From NCBI GenBank assembly GCA_963835945.1, contig CAWIHR010000011.1, forward strand, positions 2,447-66,446: a stretch of DNA of 64,000 nucleotides, in the 5' to 3' direction. The translations under genes were made by a program, and so were the position numbers. Below the pieces are notes generated by a model. The model was not told the DNA's origin, did not search any database, and saw nothing but the letters and a program-made list of their open reading frames with translations. Positions within the stretch are counted from its first letter, which is position 1; every line of letters begins with the position of its first letter. Below are positions 49,734 through 59,504 of this stretch, in pieces. The DNA comes from an uncultured Chloroflexia bacterium (GTDB lineage: Bacteria; Chloroflexota; Limnocylindria; Limnocylindrales; CSP1-4).

Positions 49734-52700
49734 TCAGGCGAGGCGTGAATGTATGGCCGCCGGTAGCTGCCAGCCCCCGTATCCGGCGCGGAAGCCGGCC
49801 GCCTCGAGGGCGGGACGGTGCTCGGACGCGTCCGCGGGTGCGCCGTCCATATGGGAGAGCCGGAGCGTGCGGAGACGGCCGTCCTCGACGAGGCTGGCCA
49901 CGGCGCGCAACGCGACGACGGCCGCGCCTGGGCGGTCGAAGGCCGGCATCGTGCGCATCGATCGCCCGCCGCGCTCGAGGAATGCCGCGGGCTCGCCGTC
50001 GAGCAGTACCACGTATGCACCGGCCGCTCGGGCGAGCGCGTGGCGTTCCTCGGTGGCGCGATGGGGCCACGGCAGCGCCGCGCCGTACGGTTGCGCCGGG
50101 TCCACGGCCGCCAGCACCAGGACGGCCTCCGGGTCGGGTTCCGCGCCAGGGGGGCGGCGTACTGCCCGCAGCCTCTCGACGGCGCCCGGCAGGGCGAACT
50201 GGGCCGCCCCGAGCCGCTCGACGAAATAGCCGCGACGCACCCTCCCCCGTTCCTCCAGATCGCGCAGGACAGGGTAGACGGCCGAGAACCCGCCGGGCAG
50301 CGGCTCCGAGAGCACGCCGTCGCGGGTCACGATACCGTGCCGTTCGAGGAGCACAAGGGCGCGGGCATGCAGGCGAGCTGTCGGGGCAATCGCGTTCGGC
50401 CCGTCGAACTCGACGGCCTCGCCCACCAGCGACCACCGGCCCGCGGCCTCCGGCGGCACGCCGCCGATCCCTCGACGCGCGGCTCCGCGAGTCGGTCGCC
50501 GCCATCGCAGGGCGCGCAGCGGGGCGAAGGTGTCGTTGGTCAGCGACCCGCTCCAGGCCAGGTCCCATAGTGCGTCGAGCACCTCGCGCTCGGAGGGTGC
50601 TGCCTCGCCGCGCCCGCGCGCCGTGGCCTGAGCGGCGGCTAGGAGATCCCGGTAGAAGGAGGCACCGTGCTGCCGAAGGCGGAGCACGAGGGCGTCGCGC
50701 AGCCAGAGGCCGCGTGTGTCGTCCCGCCCGGCCGAGCTGGCTGCCGCGTCACGGTCGAGCAGGAGCGCTAGCCGGTTGGGGCGATAGAGCGCGATGCGGC
50801 CGTCATCCGGGCCCAGCCGCCCATGGCCTACCCAGGCGACCTCGCCCGCCGCGCCCAGCTCGTCGAGGAGTCGCGGCGCGTAACCCGGCACGCGCGCGGG
50901 CAGCACGTCGCGCTCGAGCACACTGGCGGGCAGTGGCAATCCCTCGAGCTGCGTCACCACCTCCACAAGCCGGTCGAGTCCGCCCGGCCCGCTCCTGCCT
51001 ACGCCATGCCACGACGGGAGGAACCGCGCGTACGCAGCGGGCTCGACGGGTTCGATCTGGTGGCGCAGGTGGGCCAGAGACCGGCGCCGAAGCCCGCGCA
51101 GCACGTCGGGCTCGCACCATTCACGGTCCCAGCCGCCGGGTCGGAACTCACCCCGCAGGATGGTTCCCGCGGCGAGAAGCACCTCAAGCGCCCGCTCGAC
51201 CGGGAGCGCAGAAATCCCCCAGCGGGCTGCTGGGCCCGTCGGTGCGAACGGCCCGTGCGTACGCGCCCAGCGGTGCACAAGCCCGACGAGCGGCTCCGGT
51301 CCGGCATCCAGAAAGGCGGCCGGCGTGCCCGGGGGCAGCGCGACGCCAAGCGCGTCGCGGTAGCGGCCCGCATCCTCCGCCGCGATCCAGCGCGGCTCCC
51401 CGCCGATCCTGGCCTGAACCACCCGGTGCTCCGCCGCCAGCGTGCACAACCACGCCGCCGCCGTCGCCGCCCGCGCGGCCGCGTCGTTGCCTGGCGCTCG
51501 AGCCACGATCTCTGGTTCCGCCAGGTCTCCTAGCCGCCGCAGCAGGTCGTGCAGCTGGTCAGCGGATCGCGGGCGTCGCTCGTCCGACAGCGCCTGCAGC
51601 TCCAACTCCAGCTCCGCGAGCGCGTCGCGGTCGAGAAGCTCGCGCAGCTCCTCCGCGCCGAGCAGGTCGCGCAGCAGATCTCGGTCGAGTGCGAGCGCCT
51701 GGGCGCGCCGGTCGACCAGCGGCGCGTCGCCCTCGTACATGTAGGCGGCGACGTAGTCGAACAGCAGCGAGCTCGCGAACGGTGATGCGCGCGCCGTCTC
51801 GACGTGCCGCACGTCGATCTCCCGTCGTCCGACCGCCGAGAGCAGGTCGCGGAGAGCGGGCAGGTCGAAGACGTCGCGCAGGCATTCGCGGAACGTCTCC
51901 AGCACGATCGGGAATGAGCCGTACCGCCCGGCCACCTGGAGGAGCTGCGCCGAGCGCTGCCGCATCTGCCAGAGGGGCCGGCGGTGACCGGCGCCTCCCC
52001 TCGGCAGGAGCAGCGCGCGGGCAGCGTTTTCGCGGAACCGCGCCGCAAACAGCGCCGACGACCCGAGCGCGGCCACGACTGCCTCTTCGGTCTCGTCCGG
52101 CCCTGGGAAAATCGCGCGCTGGAGCGCGTCGATCCGCGAGTTCGCGACCCTGCCCTCACCGTCGTCGCCGAAGGGCGCGTCTGTCTCTCCCTCCGTGGCC
52201 GGGATGCGCAGGACGATCCCATCGTCGGACCAGAGTGCCCGAACGTCCACCCCGAGCGACGCGCGCAACCGAGCCTCGATTGCCAGGGCCCACGGCGCAT
52301 GCACCCGGCCTCCGTACGGCGTCAGCACGCACACCCGCCAGTCGCCGAGCTCGTCGCGGAAGCGCTCTACCACGATCGTCCGGTCCGTCGGCACCGCGGA
52401 AGCGTCCGCCTGGTCGCCGACGTAGGCGAGCAAGTTCTCGCCGGCCACTCGATCGAGGTCGTGCTCCGCCTCCAGCCGCGCCAGGGTTCGCTCGCGGCCG
52501 CGTACACCGCGGGACTCGTCGCGCAGCCTGCGCGTGAACGCGCCGAGCTCGCGCCCCAGCTCCACAGGGCGTCCCGGCCCATCGCCCTTCCAGAACGGCA
52601 CCTTCCCGGGCTGCCCGGGGGCGGGCTCTACCAGCACGCGGTCGGCGGTGATCTGCGTGATACGCCACGCGCTCGCGCCAAGCAGGATGACTTCGCCCGC

Positions 52701-54560
52701 ACGCGTTTCGTAGACCATCTCCTCGTCGAGCTCGCCCACCCGCCGGCCACCACGGCGATCCTCACGGGCGCGGCCACCCGCTCGAACAGGCGCATTCAAG
52801 GCGAGCTCAGCGCGGCCCCGGCTCGCTGCGGACCCTTCCGCGTCGTCGAGGTACACGCCGTACAGGCCCCGATCCGGGATGGTGCCGCCAGAGAGGACCG
52901 CGACGACGCGGCTCTCGGCGCGTGCCCGCACGGTGCCGGCCACGCGATCCCACGCCACGCGGGGTCGCAGCTCGGCGAACTCGTCGGAGGGATACTGGCC
53001 GGCCAGCATCGCGAGGACCCCGTCGAAGCTCGCCCGGCTGAGGGTGGCAAAGTTCTCGGCCCGCCGAACGAGGGCGTAGAGATCGTCCACCAGCCAGGTC
53101 CGCTCGGTACACGCCGCGACGAGCTGCTGCGCGAGGACATCGAGCGGGTTGCGGGGCACGACGGTCGGCTCGATCGCGCCCTCATGCATGGCCCGCGTCA
53201 CGACGGCGCACTCGAGTAGGTCGCCGCGGTACTTGGGGAAGATCACGCCCCGCGAGGGCTCGTCGACGTGATGGCCCGCTCGCCCGATCCGCTGGAGCCC
53301 GCGGGAGACCGATCCGGGCGATTCCACCTGGACTACAAGGTCAACCGCGCCCATGTCGATGCCGAGCTCGAGCGAGCTGGTCGCCACGATGCCGGCGAGC
53401 CGGCCCTCCTTCAGTGCCTCCTCTACCAGCTCGCGCTGCTCCCGAGCCAACGAGCCGTGGTGCGCTCGCACGAGCTCCTCGCCGGCGATCTCGTTGACCC
53501 GGCGCGCGAGACGTTCCGCCAGGCCGCGGCTGTTGACGAACACGATCGTGCTGCGATGTGCACGTATCAGCTCAACGAGTCGCGGGTGGATGGCCGGCCA
53601 GATACTGAAGCGCTCGACGGGGCCGGCCGCTGGACCACCGGCGGCCTCCTGCAGCGGGATCACCTCGCCGAGCCGGGACATGTCCTCCACCGGGACCACA
53701 ACCCGCAGTTCCAGGGCCTTGCGGACGCCGGCATCGACGATGACGACAGGACGAGGAGGTGCTGGCTCCGCCTGGTCCTCCAGCGCAGTCGGCGGCCGGC
53801 CATCGGGCGGCAGCGCCAGCGCGCCGTCCAGCGGACGCTGCCGGAGGCCAGCCTTCTCCGGCAGGCGGCCGCCGAGGAAGGCGGCGACCGCCTCGAGCGG
53901 ACGTTGGGTGGCCGACAGCCCGATCCGCTGGGGCGACGCGGTGACTAGCGTCTCGAGGCGCTCCAGCGACAGAGCGAGGTGCGCTCCTCGCTTGGTCGAC
54001 GCCAGCGCATGGATCTCATCCACGATCACCCAGCGCACCGAGCGCATCGCCTCTCGCGCGCCCGACGTCAGCAGCAGGTACAGCGACTCCGGCGTCGTCA
54101 CGAGGATGTCCGGCGGTCGGCGTCCGAATGCCCGCCGTTCTTTGGCGGGCGTGTCGCCCGTGCGCATCGCGACCTGGATGTCCGGCGGCGCTTCCCCGCG
54201 GGTTTGGCTGGCGAGACGGATGCCGGCAAGGGGCGCGCGGAGGTTCCGCTCAACGTCGTGCACGAGGGCCTTCAGCGGCGACACGTACACCACCCGCAGC
54301 CGCGCCAGTGGGTCGGGGGGAGTGCCCTCCACGGCCAAGCGGTCCAGGCACCATAGGAACGCGGCCAACGTCTTGCCCGACCCTGTTGGCGCACAGACGA
54401 GCACGTGGCTACCGCCGGCGATTGCCGGCCATGCCCCAGTCTGGGCTGGCGTTGGCGCGGCGAAGGCCGAGCGGAACCAGCCACGAGTGGCGGCTGAGAA
54501 GTCGACAAGAGGGTCGTCGGGAGGGGGCGCGAGGCCTGCGGGGCGAGGGCTGCGGGGCAC
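49734..54560 (-). CDS. lhr: Lhr-family ATP-dependent DNA helicase (large helicase-related protein)
   Basis: 1608-aa intact ORF with VLVCAPTGSGKTLAAF (Walker A), VIVDEIHAL (DEIH box), FVNSRGLAERL, HHGSLAREQR and GRAGH, plus the long Lhr C-terminal extension. Confidence 0.9.
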   Translation of the reverse strand: MPRSPRPAGLAPPPDDPLVDFSAATRGWFRSAFAAPTPAQTGAWPAIAGGSHVLVCAPTGSGKTLAAFLWCLDRLAVEGTPPDPLARLRVVYVSPLKALVHDVERNLRAPLAGIRLASQTRGEAPPDIQVAMRTGDTPAKERRAFGRRPPDILVTTPESLYLLLTSGAREAMRSVRWVIVDEIHALASTKRGAHLALSLERLETLVTASPQRIGLSATQRPLEAVAAFLGGRLPEKAGLRQRPLDGALALPPDGRPPTALEDQAEPAPPRPVVIVDAGVRKALELRVVVPVEDMSRLGEVIPLQEAAGGPAAGPVERFSIWPAIHPRLVELIRAHRSTIVFVNSRGLAERLARRVNEIAGEELVRAHHGSLAREQRELVEEALKEGRLAGIVATSSLELGIDMGAVDLVVQVESPGSVSRGLQRIGRAGHHVDEPSRGVIFPKYRGDLLECAVVTRAMHEGAIEPTVVPRNPLDVLAQQLVAACTERTWLVDDLYALVRRAENFATLSRASFDGVLAMLAGQYPSDEFAELRPRVAWDRVAGTVRARAESRVVAVLSGGTIPDRGLYGVYLDDAEGSAASRGRAELALNAPVRAGGRAREDRRGGRRVGELDEEMVYETRAGEVILLGASAWRITQITADRVLVEPAPGQPGKVPFWKGDGPGRPVELGRELGAFTRRLRDESRGVRGRERTLARLEAEHDLDRVAGENLLAYVGDQADASAVPTDRTIVVERFRDELGDWRVCVLTPYGGRVHAPWALAIEARLRASLGVDVRALWSDDGIVLRIPATEGETDAPFGDDGEGRVANSRIDALQRAIFPGPDETEEAVVAALGSSALFAARFRENAARALLLPRGGAGHRRPLWQMRQRSAQLLQVAGRYGSFPIVLETFRECLRDVFDLPALRDLLSAVGRREIDVRHVETARASPFASSLLFDYVAAYMYEGDAPLVDRRAQALALDRDLLRDLLGAEELRELLDRDALAELELELQALSDERRPRSADQLHDLLRRLGDLAEPEIVARAPGNDAAARAATAAAWLCTLAAEHRVVQARIGGEPRWIAAEDAGRYRDALGVALPPGTPAAFLDAGPEPLVGLVHRWARTHGPFAPTGPAARWGISALPVERALEVLLAAGTILRGEFRPGGWDREWCEPDVLRGLRRRSLAHLRHQIEPVEPAAYARFLPSWHGVGRSGPGGLDRLVEVVTQLEGLPLPASVLERDVLPARVPGYAPRLLDELGAAGEVAWVGHGRLGPDDGRIALYRPNRLALLLDRDAAASSAGRDDTRGLWLRDALVLRLRQHGASFYRDLLAAAQATARGRGEAAPSEREVLDALWDLAWSGSLTNDTFAPLRALRWRRPTRGAARRGIGGVPPEAAGRWSLVGEAVEFDGPNAIAPTARLHARALVLLERHGIVTRDGVLSEPLPGGFSAVYPVLRDLEERGRVRRGYFVERLGAAQFALPGAVERLRAVRRPPGAEPDPEAVLVLAAVDPAQPYGAALPWPHRATEERHALARAAGAYVVLLDGEPAAFLERGGRSMRTMPAFDRPGAAVVALRAVASLVEDGRLRTLRLSHMDGAPADASEHRPALEAAGFRAGYGGWQLPAAIHSRLA

Positions 54561-54632
54561 GGCAGGGCGAGTATAGGTGCCGATCCGGCGGAGGCGCCGA
54601 TGTGGCGCAGGCGCCAGCGGCTCGGGGACCGC

Positions 54633-55088
54633 CTATCCCACGGCGGCGATTGCAGTCTCCTGCGGGCGCACGACGAGGACCGGTACGCGCGAGTGTCGCA
54701 CCACGTACTCGGAGACACTGCCCAGCAGCAGGCGGCCGATGACGCTCCGCCCGTGTGTCCCGACCACGACGAGGTCGGCCCCCTCCGACTCGGCTGCCGC
54801 CACGATCGCCTCCCCTGGCTGACCTTCCCATGTCAGGTAGGCAGCCATTACCCCGCTGTGTCGGGCGGCGTCCACGACGGCCCGCGCGATCGACTCCGCC
54901 TCCTCGCGGGCGCTGAACACCGTGCCGGGGAACGTCGCGCTGGCGGCGGTGACCTCAGGGATGTTGACCACGTTGACGACTAGAAGTTGCGCGCCGAGAC
55001 GCTGGGCGAGATCGATCGCCTCCTCACTGGCGGCGGAGGACGCAGGCGACCCGTCGGTCGCCACGAGAATCGTCTCGATCTTCGCCAT
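54633..55088 (-). CDS. Universal stress protein (UspA family)
   Basis: ILVATDGSPASSAASEEAIDLA...ADLVVVGTHGRSVIGRLLLGSVSEYVVRHSRVPVLVV. Confidence 0.85.
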   Translation of the reverse strand: MAKIETILVATDGSPASSAASEEAIDLAQRLGAQLLVVNVVNIPEVTAASATFPGTVFSAREEAESIARAVVDAARHSGVMAAYLTWEGQPGEAIVAAAESEGADLVVVGTHGRSVIGRLLLGSVSEYVVRHSRVPVLVVRPQETAIAAVG

Positions 55089-55326
55089 CGCCCCTTCCTT
55101 CTCCCGGACGAGGGTGACTCGCGGCCCACCCGAGGTGCGTCTGCCGGACGGCCCGAAGGCGCCGGTCAGCCGGCCCTGCCGGTCGGGACCGCCGGACCCG
55201 CGGGATCAGTGAGGACCCGCCTTACGATCGCCCACGCCGCTCGCCGGTGCAGGCACGCATGAAGATCTTCGAGAGGACCGGCAGGGCCGTTCGCTGCGGA
55301 CGCGAACGCGATCTCGCGTCCCGCGG

Positions 55327-55704
55327 TCAGGCAGTCAGTGCCCGGAGCTGTCTCGCGAGGATGGGGCCGGCCACCCGCTTCAGCAGCGCCGCGCCGATGC
55401 CACAGCGTCGCGCGTCGCTGCGCTTCTGCTGCCCCCAGTACGAGGAAAGCACCGCGATGCGACTCCGACCGAGTGGCTCCGCCAAGGCCTGCACCACGGA
55501 CGTCCAGCCGGCGGCCAAGTCGCCGTCGACGAGGGCGACGTCCAGCAGCGTGGCGCGCGCGGCGGCCGCGGCCTGCTCGGCGTTCGACGCTCTGGCGACT
55601 ACTTCGAAGCCGTGCCGAGCCAGGTAGCCGGCCAGTGCATCACCGGCAGTGCGGTGATCGCTGACGAGCAAGAGTCGGGGCCGCAAGTCGAGCAGAGGCT
55701 CCAT
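55327..55704 (-). CDS. Stand-alone receiver-like domain protein with atypical acidic pocket
   Basis: RLLLVSDHRTAGDALAGYLARHGFEVVARASNAEQAAAAARATLLDVALVDGDL follows the receiver fold, but SD replaces the usual DD pair. No output domain is present. Confidence 0.45.
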   Translation of the reverse strand: MEPLLDLRPRLLLVSDHRTAGDALAGYLARHGFEVVARASNAEQAAAAARATLLDVALVDGDLAAGWTSVVQALAEPLGRSRIAVLSSYWGQQKRSDARRCGIGAALLKRVAGPILARQLRALTA

Positions 55705-55890
55705 GGGCGAAGCCTGACGGCGGGCCGAGCTCGTCGCGAGGCGACGAAGAAACCAAAGAACCATGCCGAACGGCTCTACGCATGGTTCACTGAGATCACC
55801 ATTCTGTGCGTAAGGCGAACGCCGCAGGGGACGCGCGGCGTTCGCCTCTTGATTCCCGCGACATCATCCCGGCTGCACCTGCGCGCCGCG

Positions 55891-57161
55891 TTACAGGAAA
55901 TGGCGCCCGTGTGCCATCCAGTCGAGGTCTTCGCGGAAGTCGGGGTGCGCGATCGCCGTCAGGGCTCGCGCCCGCTCGGCGATGCCCTTACCGTGCAGCT
56001 GGGCCACACCCCATTCGGTGACAATCGTCTGAACGTGGGCGCGCGTGGTCACCACGCCTGCCCCCTCCTTAAGCGAGCAGACGATGCGGGATGTCTTCCC
56101 GTCGGACGTCGTGGACGGCAGTGCGATGATCGCCCGCCCATCCTCCGCCAAGGCCGCTCCACGGATGAAATCCATCTGCCCGCCAACGCCGCTATAGAGG
56201 TGCCATCCGATTAAATCGGCGCAGACTTGGCCGGTCAGGTCGACCTCGATGGCCGAGTTGATGGCGCACATGCGCCGGAACCGGCGGATCACTGCGGTGT
56301 CGTTGGTGTAATCGACCTCGCGCATTTCCACCATCGGGTTGTCGTTCACGAAACGGTAGAGGGAGGAGCCTCCCATCATGAACGCGGCCACAATCTTCCC
56401 GCGGTCGAGCTCCTTGCGTCGCCCGGTGATTACACCCGCGGTGACGAGATCCACCACCGCGTCGGTAAACATCTCGGTGTGTACGCCTAGGTCGTGCTTA
56501 TCGCGCAGGGCGAGGCCGACCGCGCTGGGGATCCCGCCGATCCCCATCTGCAGTGTCGCGCCGTCCGGGATCAGGTCCGCGATGTACTCGGCGATCCGAC
56601 GCTCGAGCTCGCCGGGCGTTCCCGGCTCGTAGGTGTACGGCGCCCGATCAACCTCAATCGCGAGGTCGATCTCGGACACGTGCACGAAACTGTTGCCGAG
56701 GGTGCGTGGCCACGCCGGGTTGAGCTGGGCGATGACGGTCCGGGCGCAGTGGACCGCGGCGAGCGTTGCATCCACGGACGGACCGAGCGAGCAGAAGCCA
56801 TGCTCGTCGGGCGGAGTGACGTGAATGAAGGCGGCGTCTAGCGGCAGCAGCCCGCGCGTGAACAGAGCCGGGATGTCCGAGAGGAACACCGGGATGTACT
56901 CGCCGCGGCCCTCACTGATCGCCTGGCGGGCGTTGGGCCCGATGAACAAGGCGCGGTGCCAGAAACTCCCGCTCAGCTCCGGTGCGAGGTGGGGCGCCGG
57001 CCCCTCCGCATGCATGTGGACGATCTTGACGCCCTCAAGCTCCGGGGCACGCACGACCAGGGCGTCAAGCAACTCGGTTGGCGTGGCTGCAGCTGCTTGC
57101 ACGAAGATCTGGTCGCCGGACCAATCCCGGCCACGGCTTCCGCTGGCGTGACGATGCGCAT
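55891..57161 (-). pseudogene. Acetyl-CoA hydrolase/transferase family protein (4-hydroxybutyrate CoA-transferase-like), one frame break as assembled
   Basis: ATG 57161 begins MRIVTPAEAVAGIGP (ORF 56973-57161). After a break near 57116-57120 it reads DQIFVQAAAATPTELLDAL...LQMGIGGIPSAV...HTEMFTD...INSAIEVDLTGQV...SGVGGQMDFIRGA (ORF 55891-57327). Confidence 0.8.
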
Positions 57162-57166
57162 GTGCG

Positions 57167-57838
57167 CTACTCGGCGCCGGGGAGACGGTGGCGAGCGACG
57201 AACGCGGCGGCCTGCGACCGGCGCTGCAGATTAAGCTTCGCCAGAATGGAGCTGACGTAGTTCTTGACGGTCTTATCGGACAGGAAGATCTCCGCGGCGA
57301 TTTCCTTGTTGGTCTTCCCCTCGGCAATCAGCAGCAGGATCTTCTGTTCCTGGCGCGTCAGCTGGGCCAGCTCGTCGGTGTACGTGCCGCTGGCGATCCG
57401 GCGGACTCTCTCCAGGACCTTTTCCGTGACGGCGGGATCGAGCAGTGACTCTCCGCGGCCGACCGCCTCGAGCGCCGCCACGAGGTCGCGGCCGCGGATC
57501 TGCTTGAGCAGGTAGCCGCTCGCGCCGGCCACGATGGACGCGAAGACCGCCTCCTCATCCGGATAGCTGGTCAGGATGACGACCCGGATCTGAGGATGAT
57601 CGGACCGGATCTCCCGGCACGCCTCGATGCCAGAGCCGTCCGGAAGCCGCACGTCCATCACGATCAGGTCGGGCTGGTACTTGTGCGCGGCGTCGATCGC
57701 TTCGGCCACGGTCCCGGCCTGCGCGACCACCTGGAAGCCCTCGCGCCGCTCGAGCAGGGAGACCAGACCCTGCCGCACGACCTCGTGGTCATCCACCACC
57801 AAGAGCCGCAATGGCCTGCTCGTCGCTCCCTCTGTCAC
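57167..57838 (-). CDS. NarL/LuxR-family response regulator (DevR/DosR-like)
   Basis: GTG 57838 sits behind GGAGGA. The sequence reads LRLLVVDDHEVVRQGL...DLIVMDVRLPDGSGIEACREI...ILTSY...GYLLKQ, with LuxR HTH LTRQEQKILLLIAEGKTNKEIAAEIFLSDKTVKNYVSSILAKL. Confidence 0.9.
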   Translation of the reverse strand: MTEGATSRPLRLLVVDDHEVVRQGLVSLLERREGFQVVAQAGTVAEAIDAAHKYQPDLIVMDVRLPDGSGIEACREIRSDHPQIRVVILTSYPDEEAVFASIVAGASGYLLKQIRGRDLVAALEAVGRGESLLDPAVTEKVLERVRRIASGTYTDELAQLTRQEQKILLLIAEGKTNKEIAAEIFLSDKTVKNYVSSILAKLNLQRRSQAAAFVARHRLPGAE

Positions 57839-59504
57839 CGTCTTCCTCCGATCCGTGTGACGCCGCACCCGCCGAGGCGTCGTCGGATGCGTCCCCTCGA
57901 CGCGGTACCCGCACCGCGACCCGGGACCCCCGTCCGACGGCACTCTCGACGATGAGTTCCCCGCCGAGCTCTGCCGCTCGCGTTCGCATGTTGCCGAGGC
58001 CCATGTGGCCCGGTCCGCGACGCGCGGCCGGGTCAAATCCGACTCCATCATCGACGATGGCGAGCTCGAGCGCACGCTCATCTGCCATGAGGCGGATCTC
58101 CGCGTGGCTGGCGCGCGCGTGGCGCGCGACGTTGCTGAGTGCCTCTCTCGCCAGTTGCAGCAACTGCGCGGTGACGTCGGCGGGCAGCTCGAAGTCTTCC
58201 GGACCGCCCACTTCGAGCGCGATGTCGATCATGGTGTTGATCCGGAATTCCTCGGCCATCGCAGCCAGCGCGTCGACGAGGCCAGCCTCGTCCAGCGGCT
58301 CGGGCCGCAACCCGAAGATAAAGTTGCGGGTATCACGGATGGTGAGGTTGATTGACTCGATGGCCCGCTCGATGCGCGCGGAGGCCTCGGCAGGGTCCTC
58401 CGGGGCCAGCTCGAGCGCATCGTCGAGCATCAGCCCCACGGCGTAGATGCTCTGGATCACGCCGTCGTGCAGGTCGCGGCCGATCCGCTGGCGCTCCTCG
58501 AGGATCGCGACGCGCTGCTCCTGCTCGTGCAAGCGGGCATTCTGCACAGCGATGCCCGCGTGCGCTGCGAACATCTCCACGAGTCGCTGGTCGGCCTCCG
58601 TAAACTCTGTCCCATTCTCCTTGTCGGTAACGTACAGGTTGCCGAGTACCCTGCCGCGCACAGAGACCGGCACGCCTAACAGCGACCGCATCGACGGGTG
58701 GTTAGCTGGAAACCCGACGCTCCGCGGATGCCCTGCCACGTCCGGCACGCGGATGGCGCGCCCCTCTTCGATGATTAGCCCGAGGAGGCCTCGACCATGC
58801 GGCGCGGGGCCAATTCGCTCCCGCTGCGCCCGGCTGAGCCCGCTGGTGATAAACGGATCGATCTGGCGCTGCTCATCGAGAACACCCAGCGCGGCATAGC
58901 GCGCTCCGACGAGCAGACGCACATTGTCGACGATCAGCTGAAGCACGCGCTCCACCGAGAGCACACCGGCGATTGCGCGTATCGCCTCGTCGAGACCCCG
59001 CAGTTCGTCCTGGATCTCTTGGGCCCGGACGAGGGCCCGGGCGCGCGTCGCCGCTAGCTCCAAAACGCGGGCGAGGGTCGTCGCAGCTTCCGGCGGTCCC
59101 TCCACGAGCAGGTCGCCTACGATCTCTGCGCCGTCCGCCGTCCGTAGCTCGCGGTGTTGGAGCGCTTCGCCCGGCTCCGGCGGCAGCGAACGGCGCAGAG
59201 TCCCAGACCCGACTTCGTCTTCGGGCAGCGGCGGAAGGAGCCGGAGTCGCGCACCGGCGATCCCGTGCTCGTCCCCGAAGGAGGCCAGGCTGTTCGAGAG
59301 CCGCCGGCGCTCCACTGCCGCCGGTGAGCGGAGCCATGAGGTGACCACGTCGATCAGTCCTACGAGGGAGGTCCCGCCGGTGCCCACGACCGGGACCGTG
59401 GGCGCCCGGGAGCGCTGGTCATCGTCGCCCGCGCCGGATCGCCAGAAATCGTTCGGCGCCGTCTTCGTCCTCGTAGTTTCCCCGGTCACGAGCGGCGCTC
59501 CCAC
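57789..59504 (-). CDS. Cytoplasmic GAF-domain sensor histidine kinase (HisKA_3 type, DevS/DosS-like architecture)
   Basis: GAF domain: LQLIVDNVRLLVGARYAALGVLDE...GRGLLGLII...HPRSVGFPANHPSMRSLLGVPVSVRGRVLGNLYVTDK. HisKA_3 domain: ERQRIGRDLHDGVIQSIYAVGL. ATPase domain: EALSNVARHA...DDGVGFD...GLGNMRTRA. No TM helices are seen. Confidence 0.85.
   Translation of the reverse strand: MGAPLVTGETTRTKTAPNDFWRSGAGDDDQRSRAPTVPVVGTGGTSLVGLIDVVTSWLRSPAAVERRRLSNSLASFGDEHGIAGARLRLLPPLPEDEVGSGTLRRSLPPEPGEALQHRELRTADGAEIVGDLLVEGPPEAATTLARVLELAATRARALVRAQEIQDELRGLDEAIRAIAGVLSVERVLQLIVDNVRLLVGARYAALGVLDEQRQIDPFITSGLSRAQRERIGPAPHGRGLLGLIIEEGRAIRVPDVAGHPRSVGFPANHPSMRSLLGVPVSVRGRVLGNLYVTDKENGTEFTEADQRLVEMFAAHAGIAVQNARLHEQEQRVAILEERQRIGRDLHDGVIQSIYAVGLMLDDALELAPEDPAEASARIERAIESINLTIRDTRNFIFGLRPEPLDEAGLVDALAAMAEEFRINTMIDIALEVGGPEDFELPADVTAQLLQLAREALSNVARHARASHAEIRLMADERALELAIVDDGVGFDPAARRGPGHMGLGNMRTRAAELGGELIVESAVGRGSRVAVRVPRRGDASDDASAGAASHGSEEDGDRGSDEQAIAALGGG

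Noticed and set aside
49223-52537. 1104-aa plus-strand ORF, very rich in Arg, Pro and Ala
   Set aside because: It lies entirely antisense to the well-supported lhr gene and has a low-complexity composition with no motifs. This is the typical shadow ORF of very GC-rich DNA.
55891-57327. 478-aa ORF suggesting a longer CoA-transferase
   Set aside because: Its first ~70 codons are an out-of-frame reading of the response-regulator 3' end. The true N-terminus MRIVTPAEAVAGIGP lies in another frame starting at 57161.
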